DNA of 64,000 nt. Origin: Malacoraja senta. Its lineage: Eukaryota. The stretch's first letter is position 1. The number at the start of each line of letters is the position of its first letter. A program made the position numbers and the translations under genes. The notes under the pieces are model-generated. The model did no database searches, had not been told where the DNA came from, and saw only the letters and a list, made by a program, of their open reading frames with translations. The stretch lies in assembly GCA_038087875.1 (NCBI GenBank), contig CM075980.1, positions 21,700,001 to 21,764,000 on the forward strand, read 5' to 3'. This document shows positions 1 to 13,200 of this stretch, one piece after another.

Positions 1-363
1 AAACTATATTTTCAAACCACATTAAGGGCACTGACAGGTCAGTAAAACCACTCACAATTTAGTAGACATGTGTTCAGTGTTATTCACAGCACAGACTGAG
101 AGACGTGACCCTCTCGCTCCCCCATCTTGCAGAGACTGACTGAGGCACTCAACACTTCCGGGTTTTATAGTCCCTCCAGAAGGGGCGTGGCCTTCACGAG
201 AGAGAATCTCAACATTTTTTAAACACTAATAACTCTTTTATTTTTCATCGATGGGAAAAATCCTCTTGTCCTGCGCAGCAGAGGGGGACTCTGAGTAAGA
301 TGGTCAAAAATCAATATAGAGAACAACAGGAAGTGGTCAAGATCAGACTTTTAGTAATATAGA
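1..363 (-). mobile_element. Putative non-autonomous Helitron, 5' end (runs off the window start)
   Basis: Minus strand reads A|TCTATATTACTAAAAGTCTGAT, typical of a Helitron 5' terminus; shares atcagactttta with the element at about 7490. Confidence 0.45.
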
Positions 364-453
364 TAACAGACAGGAGAGACAATAACTCTGCATTTACTGC
401 AATAAACCCCCATAAGTATTTTTGAATGTGCCCAGGTCCAGTCTACATTATTT

Positions 454-900
454 AATAATAATAATAATACATTTATTTTATATAGCGCTTTTCAGGACTC
501 AAAGTCGCTTTACATTGAGAGTCAAGAATAAACAAAACAAAATAGAGCAGTAAGACAGAGATGCAAAGGGGAGGGGAACGTGGGACTAAGGGTATGCAGA
601 GGTGAAGAGATGGGTCTTGAGGCGGGACTGGAAGATGGTGAGGGACTCAGAATTTCGGATCAGTTGTGGGAGGGAATTCCAGAGCCTGGGAGCTGCCCTG
701 GAGAAGGCTGTGCCTCCAGAAGTGCAGAGGTTTGATTTCGGAGTGGAGAGGAGACCAGCTGAGGAGACCAGCTGAGGGACTGTGAGGGTTGGTAGGGGGA
801 GAGGAGGTCAGTGAGATAAGGGGGGGCCAAGTTGTTGAGGGCTTTGTAGGTGAGGACCAGGATTTTGTAGATGATCCGGTGGGATAAATCCTCCAACCCA
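454..900 (-). mobile_element. L2-clade LINE, 3' fragment
   Basis: ORF 660-920 reads RIIYKILVLTYKALNNLAPPYLTDLL (L2 ORF2 C-terminus); 3' tail aagcgctatataaaataaatg...(TTA)n. Confidence 0.85.
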
Positions 901-2612
901 GGAATCAATTTGATGGACAAGGGGAGAGGGAGTGGGATTAGGTTTTTGCATATTACTTGTGAACAATATATTAATTCTTTAAATCTTAGTTATTACATGT
1001 TTACTGCCACAGATATTGTTGCAATTTCCTAATTTATCATAGCCAATGCACACATTACGTGCATTATATGTTTTATTACATACAAATGATGTGCAATATT
1101 CTTATATTAATTTCTATAATATAATAACACTGCCCTAAATCCCCTTAACTGAAAGCTCATCTATTTATACTTCTTAGAGCAGCCAGAACCAAAGTAGCAT
1201 GTTATCATACTGGTTTCTCAGCATACTGATCTGAAATAATCTCATGCATTCTATAAATTAATTCTTCACATTGTTATCGTTCAGTTGTTTCGCCCTGCCT
1301 GTATGCAGACTAAATTCCCCCAATTGTTGTTTAATAATTGATTATTATATTGCTGTAAGAGCATAGTCGTGGACATGCCAGGGCATAATATTCACGAGTC
1401 TGAAGAAGTCCCAACCCAAAATGTCATCTATCCATACCCCCCAGGGGTGTAATGGGTGTACCTGCACCGCTGAGTTACTCCAGCTTTTTTTTGTCTTTTC
1501 TTGGTAAACCAACTTCAGCAGTTCTCTGTTTCTACATGATTTTACCAATATTTTTGGAACGCACCTCTGGTGTTGTTTTTGACCTACAGTGTCCCATGAA
1601 GGCCCAGTATTACTAAAGTTGATATCAGTAGGAATCAGCAGTTGGATCGACTGTGCTTGAACCTTGTAATCCAGTAGTGAGAGGATCTTAAATCAATCTT
1701 CTTGGAGCCATTGTAGAGCAACGTTTGGTTAGAGGAGGGTAAGAGAAGGTGTAAATCAGAACAGGAAAATTGTTTTTTATTTTGCATTAAATACTTGAAG
1801 GGGAAAGTTTGGAATCTATGGGGATGGAGCAGGAAAGTGAGGCTAATTAAATAGCAGGAGAGTGGATGCTAGATATCTGTTTTATGATTCTGATGTGGCA
1901 CCACTGACCAAAATGTTAACTCTGGTTCTCTTGCCACATATATTACCTGATTTGCTGGTCGTCATCACCTTTTTCTGCATTTATTATCAATTTTCCAACA
2001 TCAGCAGTTGTTTGCTTTTCAGTTGTAATGGACTGCCTCCTCTCCCCCCAGGAATGCCCATCTTGAAGAAGTTCTCTTCCACTCTTTGCTGGGACCACCT
2101 ATCTCTTTCACTTTGCTCATCTTTAGTGGTTTCTGTTTCCCTTCTTCTCTTAATTAACTTATTGACAAAAACTCTCTCCTTTGGCTATATCACTGTCCTT
2201 ATCAAATGTATCTGCTATCATCCTATTCCATGTGTATTTCAAATGAACCTTCACCCCTTCACAGTTTCAGATACACTCATGTTCGTAAGTATATTCAAAC
2301 CATCCTGGATTATTGTTTGCCAGGGTATTCCTTGATGTCTTCCTTTTCTTCTTTGCATCAATTCTTCAATTGAAGTAATTCATTTCCCTGTCTTTAATTT
2401 ACTTTACTTCATCTCCTTGATGGCTACATTTCCATGCAAATTGCCTGATTTTGTAATCAACTGAATAAATTGTCCACTATTTTCTCTGTTGTTTTCGTTC
2501 CACTTTGTATCGACTGCTAACCTCCAATCATCTACACAGAATACTACAGCTGATGTTGGACATTTACAATGTGGGAAGTTACAATGTATGAAACTTTTTT
2601 CAGTGATTAAAT

Positions 2613-3155
2613 ATGGCTGGAAGTGAGAAGGAACCCACCAATAATATAACAAGTGAAGATACAAGTCTAATGTCTGAAGAACCACAAGAATTAATTAAGG
2701 ATATTGAAGAACCTTTGGACGAGGAAAGAATATTGAAACCAGAGGAAACTCAAGTTTCCTCTGACCCTGAATATGCTGCAGAGAGTGAAAGAATTTCATC
2801 TCCTGAAGAGACTGGACAGACTATTAATAATAATGTGAATGGAAATAAAGACACACCAAAAGCAGTTGACATTATTGATCAACAGAATGAAATAGTGTCT
2901 GAAGATGTAGACTCGGAAAGTTCTGAACAGCACTTCACTTCTCCACCACCTGATGTTGATACACAATCAGATGAACATACGGAAAGCATACAAGATAATG
3001 AACGTGAAGAACAAATTAAAGTTGAAGATCAATTGGATCAGGTTAAACCAGAAAACCAAGGTCCACCACCAACCCCAATAACAGATCAGCCTCAGTCTTC
3101 CCCAGAAATGATTCCAGAAACAGAGAGAGACACGAGATCCCTGGATACAGGACAG
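2613..3155 (+). CDS. CFAP251: CFAP251 coding exon 1, acidic E/D/P/S-rich N-terminus
   Basis: Acceptor ttttttcag ends at 2603, ATG at 2613, 181 codons, donor CAG|gtcagt (phase 0). Low-complexity acidic region; assigned by position and frame rather than strong similarity. Confidence 0.8.
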
Positions 3156-6100
3156 GTCAGTGCAAATATTGATACGTGTTATTTATTGTAGGGGTGCCAG
3201 GCTGGGAACTCGGGGAAGGAAATAGTGGGGAGACATGGGCAAAGAGAAAAATTAGTGGATGAGGATCACAGGGGAAGGAAAATATGTTTAGAAAACGATG
3301 ATGGATGGTGAGAAATTGGAGATGGGGATAATGGAGGAGCAAGAGAGATTAGGAAAGAAGATAGCAGGGGGAGCCGGGAGATTAGGGAAGGGGTCATTCA
3401 GAGCGGGTGAAACGGATTGAAAATGGGGAATCACAGAGGAAGGAGAGGTTGGCTGAAGAGATGAATAAGAGAAATTGGTTGGTGGATAATGGGAGCTGTG
3501 TGGAAGATGATCATGATGGGGTGAGAGGAATCAGGAAGAGGTTCATGAGGAACCAAAGTGACTGGAATAGGGGATTGCAGGGATATGAGAGATTGGGGCA
3601 AAAGAGTCATGAGGAAGGATTGATGGCGGACAGATTTGGGTAGGCACATAAGTGGGAGGTCCCAAGTGATTGGGATTTGGTTCATGGAGTGACAATTGAG
3701 AAGGGTTAAGATATTTTGGGTGGAGGAATTCAGGCACAAGTACAGCAGGGGATATGGGCATTGTGTCCCCATGGCTTCAGCCCTTGAACCAACTTTGACT
3801 CAGCCCTCTGGTTAAGACCTTATTCAGAGGCTGAGGCCTGCTGCATTCATGGTCTCATGTCAACAGTTGAATTTCTCAATCTGATGTCAGTTATTAATTG
3901 TTACTCTGTATCCTTGTAGTTCCATGCTTAAATATCTCATATTTAGTTTAGTTTATTGTCATGTGTACCGAGGTACAGTGGAAAAAGTGCATAGAGAACA
4001 CAGAAAAAAATCATAATTAACTGCTTTTAGTGAAATGTATTCAAGTGGTGGAAGTACATTGCATTGTTTCTGACAAGCCCATAGACAGAGGAGCAGAATT
4101 AGGCCATTCAGACATTGAGACTACTCCGCCATGCAATCATAGCTGATCTATTTTTTCCTCTCAACCCCATTCTCCTGTCACCCAAGTCTTTTCAAACATT
4201 AGGAGAATGATTACCATGCATTATTAATTTATAATTCAGATATTGTTTTGATGAAAATTCTTTTTAATTTTAAGATATTTCAAGTTTAAGATGATTTTTG
4301 TGTCTGCCTCATCATTGTTTCCAAATGTTTGTATGGTTCATAAGGCTGACTATTCTGCAGGAAAATATAATAGTTGGGACTAATTAAAATTGTCTGCACA
4401 TAACAGTTTTGAGTGCAGATCAATAATTGTTATTTTGTTTTACAGCGAGCAAAGGATGATTTAGGATTGGCTGGTCCTAAAACAGATAGACAGGAGCGGC
4501 TTGCTTCTGCTCCTGCAAGGCTGGGTACCGATGAGATGTGCCAAGTGGACACAATATTACAGAATTTATGGCACTGTGCAGTGGCAGTAGGAACAGACAT
4601 TCCTCTGACAGAATGTCAGACAGAGACCTCAGTGGTTGATACTGCAATTTGTGACACTGTGTTTGAAGAACACTCCTACATTAAGCAAAATTCTTTGGTA
4701 AGAATTACCTTGCTGCAACCAAAGATCTTTGGCTGCAACTACCAAATAACATTAATTTGTCCAGCGCAAAAGAACATTGTCTGTTCCCTCCTACCCTAAT
4801 CTAATATTTTTCTCACCTCTTTTAAATTCTCTCTCCCATGCTATACAGTATCACTTCAAGAAGGCTGACAACTATTGCTAAAACATTATTGTTACGGCTT
4901 TTTAAGAAGTCACAGGGTGGTATTTTAGATTAGCTATAACAGCTGAGGTGACATTGTGGAATAGAATAATAATTTTTGAAAAGCCATGTTGATATTCTAA
5001 TACACTATGCCAATCAGAATCTCATTTTAACATATTTACCTTCTTTCTCTGGTATTACTAATCATTTAGTAAATTAAAAAAATATTCTGCTTCAGTTCTT
5101 TTGGGTAAATTTGTTTTTGATAATTTATTTCATAGGAAAAAAACCCCACTGAAAATGTTGTATGAATAGTTCATCCAAACACAAGCAATATTTACTTATT
5201 TGCAGTTAATACGGTTGTACATTGCCTAGAGCAATCTCTCTTTGTTTAATCATCACACCCAATAATGCCATGTCCTTTTACATTTTATGCAAAAGAGATT
5301 TGGTTGGTTTGGCATTACAAAAGAGCTCTCTCTTCCTGCATCCCACAGAATATTCTCCTTGCCCTTCTAGCAGGACGTTTTCATGGACCTTGACTTGTAT
5401 TGCTCAGGAGTATTCCATCCATAGGAAGACAAAGATTTTAAGCAGACCACAGCTTTTTCCAGACTTAGAACGTAGAACATAGAACAGTGTAGCACAGGAA
5501 TAGACCCTTGGGTGACACACATGATGCCAAGACAAACTAATCTCATTTGCTTGCATATGATCCATATCCCTCCATTCACTGCACATCCGTGCCTATCCAA
5601 AAGCATTTTAAATACCACTGGACCAAGTGCCATTTAAAAGAGGGAAGGGGGGGAGAGGGCGAGGGGGAAAGGGGGAGGGGAGGGGGGGGTGGAAGAGAGG
5701 CCACGGGGAGGGGGGGTGGAAGAGAGGCGGGGGGGTGGTGGTGGAAGAGAGGCCTGGGGGGAGAGAGGCCGGTGGAAGAGAGAGGCCGGGGGGGAGAGAG
5801 AGGAGCCGACCAAGGAGCCGAGAAAAAGGGATCCCCGAGAGAAAGCGACCCCCGAGCGTCTTTTGAATAACGGGGGGAGGAGGGAGTGGAGGGGGGGGGA
5901 GAGAGAAGAGAGGGGGGAGAGGAGGGGGGGCAAGAGGAGGGGGGGCAAGAGGAGGGGGGGCAAGAGGAGGGGGGGCAAGAGGAGGGGGGGCAAGAGGAGG
6001 GGGGGGCAAGAGGAGGGGGGCAAGAGGAGGGGGGCAAGAGGAGGGGGGGAAGAGGAGGGGGGGAAGAGGAGGGGGGGAAGTGGAGGGTAGAAGAGGGGGG

Positions 6101-6721
6101 GAAGAGGAGGGTAGAAGAGGGGGGTAAAGGAGGGGGGTAGAGGAGGGAGGAGGAGGGGAGGCAGAGGGAGAGGTAGGGGGGTGAGAGGTACATATTTTGA
6201 ATAATGGGGAGAGGAGGGAGAGGTGGGGGGGGCACATCACTCGCAGCACGCAGACCCAAGGCGGCAGCACGCAGATCCATTGTGACATCATTAGCGAAAG
6301 CCAGCTGTTTTTTACACACACACTAACCACCCCACACACACACTAACCACCCCTCCCCACACACACACACTAACCACCCCACTTGATATTATATTAATAT
6401 TATTCATTCGCTCCTTTTACCCCACCCCCGCCCTATCCACACGCATAGTCTCCAACTCGCAGGCGCGGCTAGAGAGGGAGGGGGTAGAGAGAGAGGGGAG
6501 AGAGAGAGAGGGTAGAGAGAGAGAGAGAGAGGGAGAGGGAAGAGAGAGAGAGAGAGGGCAGAGTGCAGAGAGGGCAGAGAGAGAGAGGGCAGAGAGAGAG
6601 AGGGCAAGGGCAGAGAGGGCAGGGCACAGAGGGCAGAGAGAGAGAGAGGGCAGAGGGCAGAGCGAGAAAGGGCAGAGAGAGAAAGGGCAGAGAGAGGGCA
6701 GAGGGCTGAGAGAGAGAGGGC

Positions 6722-6752
<31 letters not shown>

Positions 6753-7187
6753 CAGAGAGAGGGGCAGAGAGAAAGAGGCAGAGAGAGAGGGGGGCAANNN
6801 NNNNNNNNNNNNNNNNNNNNNNNNNNNNNNNNNNNNNNNNNNNNNNNNNNNNNNNNNNNNNNNNNNNNNNNNNNNNNNNNNNNNNNNNNNNNNNNNNNNN
6901 NNNNNNNNNNNNNNNNNNNNNNNNNNNNNNNNNNNNNNNNNNNNNNNNNNNNNNNNNNNNNNNNNNNNNNNNNNNNNNNNNNNNNNNNNNNNNNNNNNNN
7001 NNNNNNNNNNNNNNNNNNNNNNNNNNNNNNNNNNNNNNNNNNNNNNNNNNNNNNNNNNNNNNNNNNNNNNNNNNNNNNNNNNGAGGGCAGAGAGAGGGCA
7101 GAGGCAGAAAGCGGGCAGAGGGGCAGAAAGAAGGGGGCAGAGAGAGGGCAGAGAGAGACAGAGGGGCAGAGAGAGAGAGAGAGAGGC

Positions 7188-7219
<32 letters not shown>

Positions 7220-10200
7220 GGAGAGGGGAAGTGAGAGAGGGGGAGAGAGAGTGAGGGGCAGAGAGAGAGGCAGATAGAGAGAGAGAGAGGCAGAGATAGA
7301 GAGAGAAGGGCAGAAATAGAGAGAGGCAGAAAGAGAGATAGGCAGAGAGGGAGAAAGAGGGAATATGTAAAAATGTTACCGTTAGCACGTCGTTTTTTCG
7401 AGAAGATGTGAACACACACACACATACACACATACACGCACACACACACACACACGCACACGCACACGCACACACACACACACACAATCAGACTTTTAAT
7501 AGTTATGAACCAATTGGGGGGTGGAGCGGGGTGGCAGCCTGCGGCGTCACACACACAATAACCACCCCCTCCACACACACACGCACACTAACCACCCCCC
7601 ACACACACACACTAACCGCCCCCTTTGATATTATATTAATATGGATGGATTATCATATCTGCCTCCACCACCATCACCACAGACAGCCACCACCCGCTGT
7701 GTAAAAAAACATACATTGATGGTCTCGCGTTGCATGTGGTACAAAAAAACAACCAGAAAATTATGCTTGCATCAAAAATATGAATTTACACACCATGCCT
7801 TCAATGTTATAAACGTATCTTGCATAATTGTTTAAAATGGAAGGAATACAAAAATTTATATTAGGCAATTGAAAGATAGAACAAATTTGCTTTCTTTTAA
7901 TAGAACTTAATATGGTCTTTTGGAATTAATAAAGATTCTCCAGTGTATGCTCTGCATATTGACAACAGGAGGTTAATCCTTTATGCTTCTTCGCATACTG
8001 CAGTTATGAATAATTTTTCAATTACCCGTCAACATCTCTTGCAGGCAAGTAACTTGGACATAATTTTGTTTTTGTGTTAATAGAGTGATATGTGAAATTG
8101 TGGTCAGGTAGTTCAATACTGGCAAAGATCTGTTGGGCCAATTGCCAATTTTAGGTAATTCATTACAATTTGCTAAAAGAATTAAGATTTGTCAGACATA
8201 ACAAATCCATGCTGAATGTTCTTAACTAAACTGCACTTTTGCCAATATATTAATTTTATCTACCTTACAGAGTATTAAGATTTTATACCAATTGGTCTAT
8301 GCTTATCCATTTTGTCTTCTCTCCCTTCCTCAACGAAACCTCATCGCCTTTTCCAGAATCAGACCAAAATTTGTACGTTAAATATTCAAAACAAAGTGGC
8401 AAAATCTCTGCTATCGTTTCTCATGTTTTTCAACAGCCAAGGTTTGAATGGAATGAGGGCGATGACTTAACTATCTTAGTATGACGAACACTATACACTC
8501 ACGACTGTATTACTCCATTTACATTCACAGCTGCCTGACCACATTCTACAATAACTCCATTTACATGTTGCAGATGACACCACAACAGTGGGCGGGATTT
8601 CAAAAAACAAAGTCAGAGGACGGGAAGGAGATGGAGAGCTAAGTAGCATGGGGTCAAGACAACAACTTCTCATTCAATGTCAGCAAAACGAAGGAGCTAG
8701 TCATGAACTTCAGGAAGCGGGTGGAGTACTCACCCCTGCCTGCATCAGTGGTGCTGAGGTAGAGATGGTTGAGAGCTTCAGTTTCCTTGGTGTAATTATT
8801 CACAAACAATTTGTTTTGGTCTGACCATATTGACACCACGGTAAAAAAAAAACCACACTACTTCCTCAGAAGTCTCTAATGTTTCTTACAAATTTCTACA
8901 GATGCACCTTAGAAAGCACCCTATCCAGGTGCATCACTATTGGTAGTGCAACTGCTCTGCCCAAGACCGCAAGAAATTGCAGAGTTGAGCCCAGTCCATC
9001 ATGCAAACTAGCCTCCACCCCAATCAACCCCATACACACTTCCCGCTGTCTCGGAAAAGCAGCCAACATAATACAAGACAAGTCATAGCCCAGTCATCCT
9101 GCCTTCTCCCTTCTCCCTTCAGGCAGAAAATACAAAAGTTTGAAAGCATGTACCACCAGATTCAAGAACACCAGATTCAAGAACAGCTTGAATGGACCTC
9201 TCATATGCTAAGGGTCAAGATTTGATATCCAATTTACCTCAGTGTGGCCTGACCACTTATTTCCCATGATTTGTCATTGAATCTTGGTACACATGGCAAT
9301 AATAAATCATTTTCAATAATTTCAGAAAGATCCCTTACCAAAGGCAGTTCAGCTGTTCTTGCTCAAGTAGACCTGCATTCATCTTACACCCATCATTTGT
9401 AAATATGTTATTTATTTAATAAGGATACCAATTCTATCATACATATTGAGGTTCATTTTATTCATGAGTGAACCCACTATTTCAAAAATATTAAAAACGC
9501 AAATTTAAAATGCAATTAGCACTGAATGTTTGAGTAATGTCAACTGCAGGATTGCTATTAATACGAAGCAATGAATTAGTTAGTAAATCTAAAATGCTCA
9601 ATTTTGTATTAAATCAATTTTTAATCTCCTTATATAACTTACAATTCTTTAGGGTCATTCTAGCCTCATTTCATGTATAGCTGTGTGCGGCAACAGGAGA
9701 TGGGTAGCAACATCAGACCAAAGCCCAGAGAGTTTAGTTATTGTATGGGACACTTTCTCAGGGTAAGTTTAAGTATGTAACAATCAGTTTTATTAAATTA
9801 GTTTTGTATATGTCTGTATTATTGGTGTACCTCTAACATGCTATATCTAACTTATTTTAATTGCAGAATTTAAATAATTAGATTTTTCGTCCTTTCTCGT
9901 TTCTGTTGGTCTCCGTACATTATCTGTATCTAAGAAGGCAGAAGCTCTATTATAGCATAGTTTGCCAGGTCTTACACCCCCTCCTCAACTATCTATCTAC
10001 ATTGACTAGGTCCTCTCTGCTCTTTCAGTGCAGATGAACCGTCCCAATCTGAAACATCGTCAGTCTACTGAGTTCCTCTAGAGGGTTCTTTGTTTCTCCA
10101 GAGTCAATGTAACTGGGCTGTTGGATAATAAATGAGAGAATTTTTGGTTGCACTAGTTCTAGATTTTCCATCCAACCCATTTATGGGGAAAGTCATGGTC

Positions 10201-13200
10201 TTTGGCTGCTTGCCCATTTATAATTTTAACAAGTACCACATCATAGTGAGGTAGACAGAAGTTTTGAAGATTGAGAAGTATATATATTCAGGGCAACATA
10301 AAGAAATATGAAGAGCTAGAAAATTTGATATTATGCATCTCAAACAAAAATTATAATAATCAGAAAAGTGAACTGCCAATATTGGATCAGACAATTTCTC
10401 TGTCAAATTGCTATACTGTGGTCTTTTGTATTTAAAAAAAAAGATCTATTGTCCAGTAACAGAAAACTTTCCATTGTCGTTGATTACTAGCTTGATTTGT
10501 ATTACATTATTTGCTTGGTTATCTTTAGCAAAGCTTGAGTGTCTTCATCTCCTCGTGTTTACCATGGATATCCAGTCCCTGTATACCTCCATTCTCAAAT
10601 CAGGAAGCCCTTAGGGTTCTGCCTTGAACTAAGACCCAATTAGTTAGCCTCAACTAATATTTTCCACTGCCAGAGTGAGGCCACATGCAGAGTGCAAAGG
10701 GTTTCTCGAAGGTGGCTCACCACCACCTTCCCAAAGGCTATTAGAGATGGATAAAATTTGCTGGCCTTGTCAGCAATGCCTGCATATTTTTTAAATTCCT
10801 ACATTAAGTAATAGGAAAGGGTTTTCTTGAATTTGGCATTCCAGTCAGAGCACTCTTGCTCTTGGGTTAGAAGATTGTAGGTTCTTATTTCACTTCAAAA
10901 ACGAGATCATATAAATCTAGGCTCTCCAGCTGCAGTGATTATGAACCATCAATGACTGTCTTTTAAATGAAACATTAAACTGAGACACTATCAACCTTCT
11001 TGGTGGAAGTAAAAGATCCTAGGTACTATTACAAAGATTATATTTCTGGTGTAATGTACGTGACGTCCTTTGAAATTTGTGAAGGTTGTTGTTTGGTAAT
11101 CCTAAAGTTTCACCCTTGGTGTTAAAATGCTTTGTAATTTACCTGCTGTCTTAGTCAATATTTATCCTTAAGGCAATGTCACAAAAATTATCAATTCATT
11201 ATCACAGTTGAGTGAGAAGACACAGAGTGCTGGAGTAGCACAAGGGATCAAGCAACATCTCAGGAGAAAATGGATAGGCGACGTTTCAAATCGGAATTCT
11301 TCTTCAGACTGCTTGCAGGTGGGGTGGAGAAGGAAGCTGGAATAGAGGAGGGGCAGGACAAAGCCTGGCAGCTGCATGAGTGAGCTTGCTGTGCACAAAT
11401 TGGCAGTCATATTTTGTACCTTATAATAATTACTAAGATTTGAACAAACCATACGGTTACGAGGCTTTTGTGAGATGATGAGGGGTCATGACAGATGCTC
11501 TGCAAATGCAGTATTTATTTCAAGGAGTGCACCCGAAAATAGCATTTGTGTGAGAATGAAAGAAAATGCACTTTATTAGAATTAATGTCAGGAATCAATA
11601 TTTGTTTAAAAGTATGTTTATTTATATATCAAAAAGACTGATTATTCCTATCATGTAACTTGCTGTCATCAAATATCATAATATGTAACAACTTTATTTA
11701 TGTAAATTGGAGTATTGAACTTAGTTTATAACCTCTAAGTGTTTACTTCTTGGCTTACAGTATACCTGTACAAACACTCTTTGACTGTCACCCTGAGGGT
11801 GGAGTTCGAGCTTTAGCAATGTCTCATGATGCCAAGTACCTTGCAACAATTGGAACAGGAGCAATTCAGGTACATAACTAATAATTTATTATTTCCAATC
11901 AGTTTTACTGCCTTTCAAAATATTTGCATTCATTAACTCTAGCATAATATACAAAGGAATATTTTAAACCTGTATGTACAAATAGCATTTTTGTTGAATA
12001 TGAGGCACAGAAGGTTGCGAAGGCCGTCAATGGTTATTTTTAGGGCAGAGATAGATAGATTCTTGATTAGCACGGGTGTCAGGGGTTGTGGGGAGAAAGT
12101 AGGAGAATGGGGTTAGGTGGAAGAGATAGATCAGCCATGATTGAATGGTGGAGCAGACTTGATGTGCCGAATGGTCTAATTCTGCACCTATCACATTATG
12201 CAACTCGTTCATTTGTCACTTTCCTATTTTTCCCTACAATTTACATTATTTTCAAGGAGCCAAGTAAACAATGAATTGATGTGAAATAATTGAATTCATA
12301 CAATTATACACCATTCGAAAAAAACTGGTGTGCAATATTTCATTGTTCAAGAATGGAAAGCAGAATGTTATGTCACATACTGCAATATGAAGCTTAATTT
12401 TCCCTGCTACAGAGAGGAATGATAGGCCTGTTAATTTTTGTTAGCTTGTGACCTCTGGCAGAAAGTGCAAGCATTGAGTGCTTGGGTGAGAACAGCTTGC
12501 ACCTGGAAGTGATCCCTTATTGCTTGGTTTAACTGGTCTATTAATTCTTGACGACTAAACACATGTAACAAGATATGTCCACATGGATCAATAATTGTTG
12601 GTCTGTAAACCTGCAGCCCTGGGCAACTCTGAGGCTTCTGGAAAAATGCAAAGTGGATAAATAAGAAGAAAAACAACAATATAATGAGTAAGGCTGATTT
12701 CTCATGGTTCATCTCTGTTCACTATCAGCCAGAGGTAGGGTAGGTACCCAAAGACAGGTATTCCCATCGCAATTTTGGTACATAATATTTAAGAAGTATC
12801 TGGGTGAGCTTGTAGGCTATAAGCGATACCAGTAAATTGGATTAGTGTAGATTGGTACGAGATGATCAGCATCGACAGGGTGGTTTGAAGGGCCAGTTTA
12901 TTTCCTTTAAAATTATATGACTCTATCCCATAGAATTATCAGAATACAGACATTTCGACAATCAGCCTTGTCCACTGGTTTCCGAGGCTTGCGGCTGCAT
13001 GTTGGGGTTATGTTGAAATATCTTGGCTAGTGGTATATCCATGAATTCTAGGAGGGTGGAGACAAAAAGTCTTACTTAATGAGTCTGAAGAAGGATCTTG
13101 ACCTGAAACATCGCCTGTCCATTTCCTCCAGGGATGCTGCGTGAGCAGCTGTTACTCCAGCATTTTGTGTCCTTTTGTTTCTTACTTAATTTATATTTTC

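Larger units (their letters stand above)
5618..7649 (-). mobile_element. Helitron-like insertion filled with G/A-rich tandem repeats
   Basis: Interrupts a CR1 between A and T with no TSD; minus-strand ends are TC...CCAG. Confidence 0.55.

Noticed and set aside
1862-2335. 157-aa hydrophobic ORF upstream of CFAP251
   Set aside because: T-rich intronic and repeat-derived sequence, non-ATG start, no family resemblance
5547-7704. Long Pro-, Gly/Glu- and Leu/Ser-rich ORFs (up to 369 aa)
   Set aside because: Translations of simple repeats and an N gap, open in several frames on both strands
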